Virus record (IMG/VR): IMGVR_UViG_3300033149_003801
Location: 1 to 64,000 of that record
Strand: one strand, 5' to 3'
From: a virus
Length of the DNA: 64,000 nt
The position numbers and the translations under genes were made by a program. This document shows, piece by piece, positions 56,747-64,000 of the stretch. Position 1 is the first letter of the stretch, and the number at the start of each line of letters is the position of its first letter. The notes under the pieces were generated by a model. That model saw only the letters and a program-made list of their open reading frames with translations. It did no database searches and was not told where the DNA came from.

Positions 56747-57115
56747 CTACTCCGACTTATCGTATCCGCGAGCCATAAAGCCATTTTTGATAAACTCGAA
56801 AGCACCAATTGACAGAAACGCGGCGATAACTGATACTGTTACAGCTTGTCCAAGAGTGAATTCCTCGTTTGTTTGCATCCAGGTGACCAAAAGCCCAAGT
56901 AGCCAAGTAACCAGGTTGATTACTAAATTCCTGCGGCTCCACTCTGCCGCTACATGTTGTAATCTAAAGATTTGAAAGATACTATCCAGAATAGCATCTA
57001 CCAGATCCTTGCCAATCACCTGCATAAATATAGCTAAGAAAAGCGCTAGTGGTAGAGGATTCTTAAGTGCTTCCCAAGTAATCGCTACAATGTCCTCAAA
57101 ACCAAATTCTGGCAT
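56747..57115 (-). CDS. three-TM membrane protein, holin-like
   Basis: TM segments LPLALFLAIFMQVIG, LVINLVTWLLGLLVTW, AVTVSVIAAFLSIGAF. SD GGAGGA. Confidence 0.45.
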   Translation of the reverse strand: MPEFGFEDIVAITWEALKNPLPLALFLAIFMQVIGKDLVDAILDSIFQIFRLQHVAAEWSRRNLVINLVTWLLGLLVTWMQTNEEFTLGQAVTVSVIAAFLSIGAFEFIKNGFMARGYDKSE

Positions 57116-57151
57116 AGCTAATCCTCCGAAAGAAAATAAATCCCAAGGCCC

Positions 57152-57179
57152 TCTATATTCCCTGAGATTTTATAGTCAA
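57152..57179 (-). promoter_or_regulatory. possible sigma70-type promoter
   Basis: TTGACT, 16-nt spacer, TATAGA on the - strand, after the terS terminator. Confidence 0.35.
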
Positions 57180-57224
57180 CAGAAGCGACCATCTTACTTA
57201 TCACCAAAACATCATATAAATAGT

Positions 57225-57257
57225 AAAAGATGGGCGGCCCACGGGCCGAGCCGCCCA
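57225..57257 (-). terminator. rho-independent terminator after terS
   Basis: GC-rich stem TGGGCGGC/GCCGCCCA followed by TCTTTT on the - strand. Confidence 0.6.
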
Positions 57258-57310
57258 CTGGCCAAAGGAAGACACGCTCTACAATGGAAAGCGACTATCC
57301 TTAAGAAACC

Positions 57311-57748
57311 CTAATTTGGAGCTTTCAATGCCAGTTGTGATTCCCCCTGATTTTCTTGAAGTTTCTGAGCAGCCTGTGCGCCACTCAATACTACAACCAC
57401 TTGATCATCTGCAAAGGATTGTTCTATCTCTATCTTGTCTGCATGTACGCCAAGTATAGATAGACATAACTTTGTTGCTTGTACATTCCCCGATTTTGCT
57501 TTCTCTACCAAAGAAGACAATATTTCAGCAAGTTCCCTGCCTACGATAGCCCTAGAGGAAACAAATACATCATCCCAGAAGCCTGGTAACAGTGTCCACC
57601 TGTGTAAGGTCTCGACCTCTATTCCAGTGAGCTTTGAGAATTGACGCCAAGTTTTCAGACCCTCCGGCCTCAGGGCCCTAGGCGTACTAAGCCAAGTAAT
57701 AAGTTTACCCTGAATCTCGGACCATCTTCTAGTCTCTACACCAAACAT
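57311..57748 (-). CDS. terS: terminase small subunit-like HTH protein
   Basis: TWRQFSKLTGIEVETLHRWTLLPGFWD...AKSGNVQATKLCLSILGV resembles HTH-type small terminases. Confidence 0.6.
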   Translation of the reverse strand: MFGVETRRWSEIQGKLITWLSTPRALRPEGLKTWRQFSKLTGIEVETLHRWTLLPGFWDDVFVSSRAIVGRELAEILSSLVEKAKSGNVQATKLCLSILGVHADKIEIEQSFADDQVVVVLSGAQAAQKLQENQGESQLALKAPN

Positions 57749-57810
57749 TGGCAGGGCCCTTGATAAAGAATACGCACAATACAGCGGTAGATACTATACC
57801 TACTGCTTAT

Positions 57811-57839
57811 ATCATAGCATAATTTTAATAACTTGTCAA
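57811..57839 (-). promoter_or_regulatory. sigma70-type promoter upstream of terS
   Basis: On the - strand: TTGACA (57839-57834), 17-nt spacer ending TGC, TATGAT (57816-57811). Confidence 0.6.
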
Positions 57840-57862
57840 ATTATTCTCCGCTAGAATAGTTC

Positions 57863-58162
57863 CTAACCAAACTCCTCCATGACCTCTGCCATTGCAACTA
57901 CATCTTCTGCGCTGTAGCGATTAAAAAAGCACGCCCACCAGCGAGCACAATGGGGCTTCCCACAAGTGATTCCTGTGCACAAACAGTTGTCTGGAGCAAC
58001 CACAGGGGGTCGGTTGGTTTGTCGTGCATAAAAATCGGCTATTTCCCTTACAGGAAGGGGTGAGCTAGAAACAAATGGATATTCCTTTCCTTGCAGTGCC
58101 CGAAGTTGCTTATCAGACAATTTCTTCACAATACCTCCAAAACACGTTATTATCGAAATCAT
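57863..58162 (-). CDS. hypothetical Cys-rich protein
   Basis: ORF. Confidence 0.5.
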   Translation of the reverse strand: MISIITCFGGIVKKLSDKQLRALQGKEYPFVSSSPLPVREIADFYARQTNRPPVVAPDNCLCTGITCGKPHCARWWACFFNRYSAEDVVAMAEVMEEFG

Positions 58163-58551
58163 GTCTTTTCCAAAGACTAGGGAATCGGCCAGGGAATTGC
58201 CTGATGTCTGGACAGCAATGATTTAATAAATACTTTTTCTTTCCTGGAGGAGTCTATGCCCTCCAGAGCTTTCAGAATGTTCTCCCCCTGTGGGATGACC
58301 TTATCGAAATCACAGATGTCCAAAAGTATTCGCCAATGTGTACCTAGTCCTGGAGACCAGCACTCCAGATGTTTTCTTTTTTCATCTTTTTCAATAACGA
58401 TATAAAGTGTTTTCCATTCTATGTCTTTTAGAACGTCTCCGACCTGTATATCCTCTAGTTTGTAATGTATCTGCGAAGTTCCCTAACCTCCCTAATAATC
58501 CCCTCTAAATCGTCTGTTAAGATCGCAATTTTATCAATGAACTGAAAAGTA

Positions 58552-59478
58552 TCAAAGGCCATCCCTTGAGGAAGACAACGATGCAGATAAAATTCGGTTT
58601 TTAGCTAATTCACAATATTGATGGTCAATTTCTATACCTATTCCAATTCTATTTAGCATTGCTGCAGCAATCATGGTAGTACCGCTGCCAGCAAACGGGT
58701 CTAGTACAGTATCACCAATAAAACTGAAGAGCTTTATGCAACGGCGTGGCAATTCTATTGGAAATGGCGCCGGATGTCCTATCTTTTTCTTGCTTTCACC
58801 ACTAAATGTCCAGACTCCATTCGTCCAGTTCATAAACTCAGATTTGGTTATGTCTGACTTTCTGCTACCGCTTGTTTTGCGCCATCGCTTCTTGTACAGT
58901 ACAACGACAAGCTCAACAGGGGCAATCACGTAGGGAGCGGATGCACTCATCCAAGAACCCCAGGCTGTGCGACGCGAGATATTACCTTCGTTCCATATAA
59001 CCGTTGAATGATACTGAAAACCAACCTGTTTGGCGATTGTAGTAATATCAGCACCAACACTTTGTTGACCCCCCTTGTTTTTGTCCAGAGGAATGTTTAA
59101 GCAAAATCTCCCATCATCTTTCAGAAATTGAAAACATCTTGATAGCCAAGTGCGTGTAAACTCCAAGTAATCAGGATACGACATATCGTCCTGATGAGAG
59201 TTATATTTAATATCAACATTGTACGGTGGAGAAGTAACAATCAAGTCTATACTATTAGGGCTAATATCATCGGTAATAAGAATGTCATCATTGATTACAA
59301 CCACTTTGTCGTTTGAATAAAATACCTTTGTCGCTGTTCTCAATTGAAATGCTTCTCCACTATCCAGTACATTGACCTTTGTCTGTCTGTCCAACTGGCC
59401 TGCCAGCGCTGACAAGGTTGGAATTTCGATCTCCTTAGTAGGTCTTGATGCTGTCTGAAAATCCTCGTTACAAGACAT
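58552..59478 (-). CDS. beta-class amino DNA methyltransferase (SPPY motif IV; N4-C or N6-A)
   Basis: ATG at 59478 after CAGGAGGG. DLIVTSPPYN precedes DPFAGSGTTMIAA. Confidence 0.9.
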   Translation of the reverse strand: MSCNEDFQTASRPTKEIEIPTLSALAGQLDRQTKVNVLDSGEAFQLRTATKVFYSNDKVVVINDDILITDDISPNSIDLIVTSPPYNVDIKYNSHQDDMSYPDYLEFTRTWLSRCFQFLKDDGRFCLNIPLDKNKGGQQSVGADITTIAKQVGFQYHSTVIWNEGNISRRTAWGSWMSASAPYVIAPVELVVVLYKKRWRKTSGSRKSDITKSEFMNWTNGVWTFSGESKKKIGHPAPFPIELPRRCIKLFSFIGDTVLDPFAGSGTTMIAAAMLNRIGIGIEIDHQYCELAKNRILSASLSSSRDGL

Positions 59479-59586
59479 ATTGAGCCCTCCTGATCGTATC
59501 ACCGTAGACTACAGTCTCCACGTAAACTCTGATTTATGTGGTTAATACTAAGTTACTGGAGCTATAGCCTACAAGGATCTAACTGA

Positions 59587-59615
59587 AATATATCATAACT
59601 TATAACACACGTCAA
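59587..59615 (-). promoter_or_regulatory. possible sigma70-type promoter upstream of the methyltransferase
   Basis: On the - strand: TTGACG, 17-nt spacer, TATATT. The -35 overlaps the lysin stop codon. Confidence 0.45.
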
Positions 59616-61186
59616 GAACTTTCATTCGGTCGGTCAAAATGAGTGATGTTATTCCATTCTCCGATAGGAGCATGAACAATGTGCTGCATGTTGTCGTCTT
59701 TTGAATAACCCACCACCCACCTGTGCCCCTGGAAGTCACACTCTGGACTGATCACCGACCAGCCACGCTCGAAACAATAGTCGAACAGCGCATGTCCTGG
59801 AGATTGTGGCAAGACAAATTGCTGAAGATAATCTCCAGCGATAGCCTCAGGATTATAGTTGAGTTTATGCAAATAGGGAACGAAGTATCTCTCCGTCCAT
59901 GCTTGATCATGTCGAAAGCTATCCCAATCAGGCGTCGTCCATGTGAAGGGAGAACCATACTTAACATAGGAATCTTTGCATATCTCCCTATCATAACCTG
60001 CCAACTGTGTCAGATACTCTTTGTCCGTCGCCCACTTTCTCCATCCGTCCTCAGTTTTGTTTCCTGAGAAGTCGATGCCTGTCTCAGATATTCCAATCTT
60101 TGGTATCCTCCATCCAGCAGCGTGAAGAACGTCCACAGCCTTTCGGTACCGCAGCAGATGAATTCCATCTAAATTCATTTTATGCATTCCATACTCGTGC
60201 AGATTCATCCAAAGTAAGTAGCCCTGCTTCTCTGCCTCTTTCTCTGATAGGGTACTAGGACCGAAAGCTTTTCCCAAGATGCGATAATGCTCCATATTTG
60301 GTGGATTCCCTGTAGAAAAGCACCCGAAAGCTACCTGAAAGTGGGGAAAAGTTTCCCGCACTCGCTCATTGTACCGTAAGTAAAACTCAACCATCCTCTC
60401 TGCTTGTTCCACAGAGTTAACAAATACCTCATTTGGGCCCTCAATGATATTCCCCCAGGGAACCCTAGAGAGCCTTGGAGCGGTCATGCGAAAGTATTCC
60501 TCTGCTCCTAATGCTCCATTGTAGACTAACCGCTTATCGGGCTCTCCGCCAAAATACAAACGAAAGACATAGCGAACCTGATTGCCAAAAGGACTAGCCT
60601 CATTAGACTGGTCAGGGTCCATGATCTTGATATAATTTACTCGCGAGACTGCTACAGCCGCTTTTAACCATGCTGGATAGTGCGGTTTATGTAAATGGAA
60701 GGTCAATTTGCTTGGCATAGGAACCTCCTTTGTCATGTAGTCCTCTGGATTAGTCCATCCCTTATATCCTGGGATCTCCAATCCTTTTATCTTTACCATG
60801 AAATGCAAATGGGCACCCTGAACGTTCCCAGAGTCTCCGGACAATCCAATAGGGTCACCAGCGCGTACATGCAATACGTTCTGCCGTATAAGTGACTTAC
60901 TTAGGTGAGCGTACCTTGTAACTACATCCTCCAAGGCTATCTCTACATATAGACCATAGTTTCCGGTGCTAGACACCGTCTTAGCAAATCCAGAATGGGA
61001 AGCGTAGACCGGAGTACCTATCGGAGTAGCATAATCTATTCCTTCGTGTCCGGGAAGATTCCACCTACTATAATATTCCGGGCGCTCTCCAAAGCCCTGG
61101 GAAACCGGCCAGCGTGCATCCACAGGGGGAAAGAGAGCCTTCTGACCAGAGGCAAGCAATGCTCCAAGAATGTTATCGGTGTTCAT
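59612..61186 (-). CDS. two-domain cell-wall hydrolase: M23 peptidase plus clan GH-A-like TIM-barrel glycosidase
   Basis: HEGIDY...GDSGNVQGAHLHF (HxxxD/HxH). C-terminal region has EGPNEV and GISETG. Confidence 0.8.
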   Translation of the reverse strand: MNTDNILGALLASGQKALFPPVDARWPVSQGFGERPEYYSRWNLPGHEGIDYATPIGTPVYASHSGFAKTVSSTGNYGLYVEIALEDVVTRYAHLSKSLIRQNVLHVRAGDPIGLSGDSGNVQGAHLHFMVKIKGLEIPGYKGWTNPEDYMTKEVPMPSKLTFHLHKPHYPAWLKAAVAVSRVNYIKIMDPDQSNEASPFGNQVRYVFRLYFGGEPDKRLVYNGALGAEEYFRMTAPRLSRVPWGNIIEGPNEVFVNSVEQAERMVEFYLRYNERVRETFPHFQVAFGCFSTGNPPNMEHYRILGKAFGPSTLSEKEAEKQGYLLWMNLHEYGMHKMNLDGIHLLRYRKAVDVLHAAGWRIPKIGISETGIDFSGNKTEDGWRKWATDKEYLTQLAGYDREICKDSYVKYGSPFTWTTPDWDSFRHDQAWTERYFVPYLHKLNYNPEAIAGDYLQQFVLPQSPGHALFDYCFERGWSVISPECDFQGHRWVVGYSKDDNMQHIVHAPIGEWNNITHFDRPNESS

Positions 61187-61232
61187 GGGTGCACCCCTTC
61201 GATTTTACGACACGTCCTTCCCTAGATATAGT

Positions 61233-61679
61233 CTATTTGACATCCTCAAAAGTGAATTCCTCTTTGGAACGAAGAAGCATCGTTCCAAGTTTAGTTCCCT
61301 TGGGAATGTCATATGGTTCTGCCCAATACCCCAAAAGCGCCAACACTTGATCAGGACGGAAGTCCTCTGTATCTTGGCGATGAAATTCAGCTAAATACTT
61401 TAGCTCATCTGCATCACAGCCATATACTATCGCCTCAGAATGACCCATCAATCCTTGTCTTATCCAAATCTGTACCGTGTGAAATGCAACCTGACTTTCT
61501 ATGGTAAGTGGGCCATACGGCGGTCCCTCTCGTTGCATTTCCTCCAACGTGTAATACGATGATACCACTGGATTCCCTAGAGAATACCAATGGATATCTT
61601 GTCCTGCTCCATGATAGGACTTTTCTCTCTGCGTACGACCACGATACATCTCTCCTGGAATCTCAAAAGGTCCATACAT
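61233..61679 (-). CDS. hypothetical protein
   Basis: ORF. Confidence 0.55.
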   Translation of the reverse strand: MYGPFEIPGEMYRGRTQREKSYHGAGQDIHWYSLGNPVVSSYYTLEEMQREGPPYGPLTIESQVAFHTVQIWIRQGLMGHSEAIVYGCDADELKYLAEFHRQDTEDFRPDQVLALLGYWAEPYDIPKGTKLGTMLLRSKEEFTFEDVK

Positions 61680-61690
61680 GATCTTCGTTA

Positions 61691-61960
61691 TTACTCCTCT
61701 CCTTCCTCAGGCAAGACAAACTTAAGAACTGGCCGTTGGCTATCACTTGTACCCTTAAGATATCCTGCAATGAAGAACGTACCAAACAGTGCAAAGACGT
61801 CTTCCTCAAGTATCTGCTTTCTACCCATCTCTATTTTGCTAAGCACAAGATATCCAAAAGCGTCTGCGAGCAGGGAACGAAATTCTGCACAGTCTACCAC
61901 CTCCTTTCCTAATTCCAAGGAGCTTATTTTGCATAACGTTGCGAACATCTCTTCAGACAT
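61691..61960 (-). CDS. hypothetical protein
   Basis: ORF. Confidence 0.5.
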   Translation of the reverse strand: MSEEMFATLCKISSLELGKEVVDCAEFRSLLADAFGYLVLSKIEMGRKQILEEDVFALFGTFFIAGYLKGTSDSQRPVLKFVLPEEGEE

Positions 61961-61984
61961 GCACCTCTCCCCTTTTCAAAAATG

Positions 61985-62521
61985 CTACTTCGGTCCTGCG
62001 TAAATACGGTATCTGCTCAATACCTCCTCCTGAGGGTGCTCTTCAGGACTGCCATATATCATACGACAGAACCAGCACCTTGGAGGGTCTATTTCTGGAT
62101 GCTCTGGATCTGTGCTTTCAGTAAGAAGAATTGTGCATAAGTCACACCTTTCATTAGGGTCTTTTCGTCCGGCCCAAGAACGCTTTTGTAACCCTAACCT
62201 ACGACATATCTCAGTAAACCTGTGATGTCCAATATGAAGCTCACTACAGATATCCTTTACAGTCATTCCATCATTATAGAGACGAGCTACTTCTTGTTCA
62301 AGCTCCTCCTCTGTTCCTTTCCACACACTCAAATTACGTGGTTTTGCCAGTCCCCTTTCGACCAAGATGTTTCTAGCGTATCTCCATCCCATCCCTACAG
62401 ACTTTGCAGCTTTATTGATAGCTCCAAGACGAATGTAAGCTTCACAAAGTTCGTCCGCACGCTCTTCCAGATCTTCTTTGGTAAACTTTCTCAGTGACAT
62501 AAGACTTACCGTCCAAACCAT
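61985..62521 (-). CDS. double-HTH plus Cys4 protein, possible transcription regulator (start may be 62500)
   Basis: GAINKAAKSVGMGWRYARNILVERG and GMTVKDICSELHIGHHRFTEICRRLG; CDLC...CWFC. Confidence 0.55.
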   Translation of the reverse strand: MVWTVSLMSLRKFTKEDLEERADELCEAYIRLGAINKAAKSVGMGWRYARNILVERGLAKPRNLSVWKGTEEELEQEVARLYNDGMTVKDICSELHIGHHRFTEICRRLGLQKRSWAGRKDPNERCDLCTILLTESTDPEHPEIDPPRCWFCRMIYGSPEEHPQEEVLSRYRIYAGPK

Positions 62522-62630
62522 ATCAGTGAAGGACCGTTCATAATCAACCAGTTCAGAAACCTATATACCAAATACCACAGTGGGAGAGCTATAATCAAGG
62601 CAAGCAAAAAACCCTTTATTAAACGAGCCA

Positions 62631-62981
62631 TTACTCTGAATCCTCCTCAGGAAGAACCTCCTCTATTAGATGTGTCTGGTCGTGTTTATCTAAAAGTTCA
62701 AAAAACTTAGCCAAGTCTAGGTAATCCACGACAAGCTGATTCAAAGAACAATTGCAGATAGGGCAATGGTAAATTACCTGCCAACAGTCATGTTCTCCTA
62801 TAGTAGAGCGCTTGTTCCAAAATTGCAGGTCCCCAACATACACTACCCCATCCATAATGTTATCTGGTTCAACAACGAAGGTATCGAAGAATAGTTGTTT
62901 CAACTCCGCAGTTCGTTTTTCGCAGTCCAAGTCAGCGATATATCTTGTGTTCAACCGTAACTGCTCATAATTCCTTGACAT
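62631..62981 (-). CDS. hypothetical protein (CPICNC motif)
   Basis: ORF. Confidence 0.5.
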   Translation of the reverse strand: MSRNYEQLRLNTRYIADLDCEKRTAELKQLFFDTFVVEPDNIMDGVVYVGDLQFWNKRSTIGEHDCWQVIYHCPICNCSLNQLVVDYLDLAKFFELLDKHDQTHLIEEVLPEEDSE

Positions 62982-63151
62982 AACTTTTCTCCAGCAAGTC
63001 CATTAGCGTGCTTGACATTCACGTAACTTTAGTTTTCTATTTGTCGCCTATAGTTTTTACTCCACAGCAATCCTCTACGTTGTTGTATCCATAAATAGTC
63101 CTCTCCACCTCACCCTAGAGGAATAGGTACAAGTGAACATATTTAGAACTC

Positions 63152-63976
63152 TCACTTAACATACCCAGCCTGTTTGCATACAAGATAGGCATATTTCCTA
63201 GTATGCGCTGGAGCTCTGTCGACTCCATACTTGAGAACATTATTTGGCCCCCAGTTATAGGCGCAAATCATGGCAAAGACGACATCCGCTTCGGTCATCC
63301 CTGGCTTCGCCACCTTCTTGCGCACATAGTCCAGGTATTGCGCCGTCGCCCAGATGTTTTTGTCCGGTATAAAAGCATCATCCCACGTCCACCCCTTTCC
63401 CTTCGTCACTTCAGTCCAAGTTCCACGCAGGAACTGGCCCAATCCGCGTGAGAAATAGCCGTCGCGCGAAACCGCCTTGGGATTGAACGCCGATTCCTGT
63501 TGGATAACGGCAGCGATGATCTGCCAGGGGATGTCCACACGAATCGCCTCACGTAAGATAATCTCGCCATACGGCACGTCGGCCAATTGTGAGATGTCCT
63601 TTTGGTTTGGCGGACTGGATTCCGACGACTCCGCGTGAACGGCTACTGCCATCGAAGCTTCCGCCGCGCCAACGGGAGCAACGCCTCTGGCCGTTGATTC
63701 CGTGGTCGCGTGTTCTTTGGCGGCTTGTACTGTTTTCTCACTATCACCCGTCGCGGGAGTTGGAGTGACAACGAGAGTGATTGCAATTGCCAAGCCGACC
63801 AATACCGCGCAAACTTTTCCCGCCCCGAACCTGTCATCTAACCCCCTTTTGAACTCGCTTGCCGCGCCGAACGCAACACCCACGCCGGTGGCCGCGCCCG
63901 CGCCGATTTTGCCTCCGACGTCTTTCCCGCGTTCAAACGCTGCCCGTTGCTTGCTCAACCTTTTAGTTTCAGTCAT
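63152..63976 (-). CDS. lytic transglycosylase (SLT domain) with Gly/Ala-rich and TM N-terminal region
   Basis: IIAAVIQQESAFNPKAVSRDGYFSRGLGQF...AYNWGPNN. N-terminus GGKIGAGAATGVGVAFGAA and VCAVLVGLAIAITLVV. Confidence 0.85.
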   Translation of the reverse strand: MTETKRLSKQRAAFERGKDVGGKIGAGAATGVGVAFGAASEFKRGLDDRFGAGKVCAVLVGLAIAITLVVTPTPATGDSEKTVQAAKEHATTESTARGVAPVGAAEASMAVAVHAESSESSPPNQKDISQLADVPYGEIILREAIRVDIPWQIIAAVIQQESAFNPKAVSRDGYFSRGLGQFLRGTWTEVTKGKGWTWDDAFIPDKNIWATAQYLDYVRKKVAKPGMTEADVVFAMICAYNWGPNNVLKYGVDRAPAHTRKYAYLVCKQAGYVK

Positions 63977-64000
63977 GGTGCTCCCTCCGTTTTTCAGCCG

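Noticed and set aside
1-64000. Search for tRNA/rRNA genes, integrase, repressor and lysogeny module, and reverse transcriptase/DGR near the fibre gene
   Set aside because: By eye there is no T-loop-like GGTTCGAATCC-type sequence or cloverleaf in the intergenic gaps. There are no tyrosine or serine recombinase motifs and no RT YxDD motif. Absence cannot be proven without tRNAscan/HMM searches.

Overview
The window is a contiguous stretch of a tailed dsDNA phage genome (siphovirus-like: tape measure present, no sheath gene recognised). Two transcription arms converge at about 25.25 kb.

The + arm (1..25249) carries about 35 small early ORFs of unknown function. Among them are a TARG1/DarG-like macrodomain, two tandem pentapeptide-repeat proteins, acidic proteins, zinc-ribbon proteins, a 4x RHH-like protein and an ArsR-like wHTH. 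A replication/recombination module follows: Sak4-like ATPase, DUF669-like protein, AEP primase-polymerase/helicase, UDG(family 4)-PolA fusion, RuvC-like resolvase, and an SNF2 helicase interrupted by an intein.

The - arm (64000 down to 25267) carries, in order:
- an SLT transglycosylase, HTH and small proteins, an M23+glycosidase lysin and an SPPY DNA methyltransferase
- terS, a holin-like membrane protein, terL, portal, a protease-scaffold fusion and the major capsid protein
- a glycosyltransferase/methyltransferase cassette
- a BNR-propeller protein at the tail-tube position, chaperone-like ORFs, the tape measure, Dit-like and baseplate proteins
- a 1523-aa tail fibre/depolymerase, a cupin and an XhlA-like protein

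I recognised no rRNA, tRNA, CRISPR array, integrase or repressor.

Best candidates for undescribed biology:
1. the multi-domain glycosylation/methylation cassette inside the structural operon
2. the duplicated pentapeptide-repeat proteins with a shared unassigned C-terminal domain
3. the class-3-type intein in the SNF2 P-loop
4. the early macrodomain
5. the Asp-box propeller protein in the tail-tube slot

All calls rest on reading motifs by eye. No searches were run.
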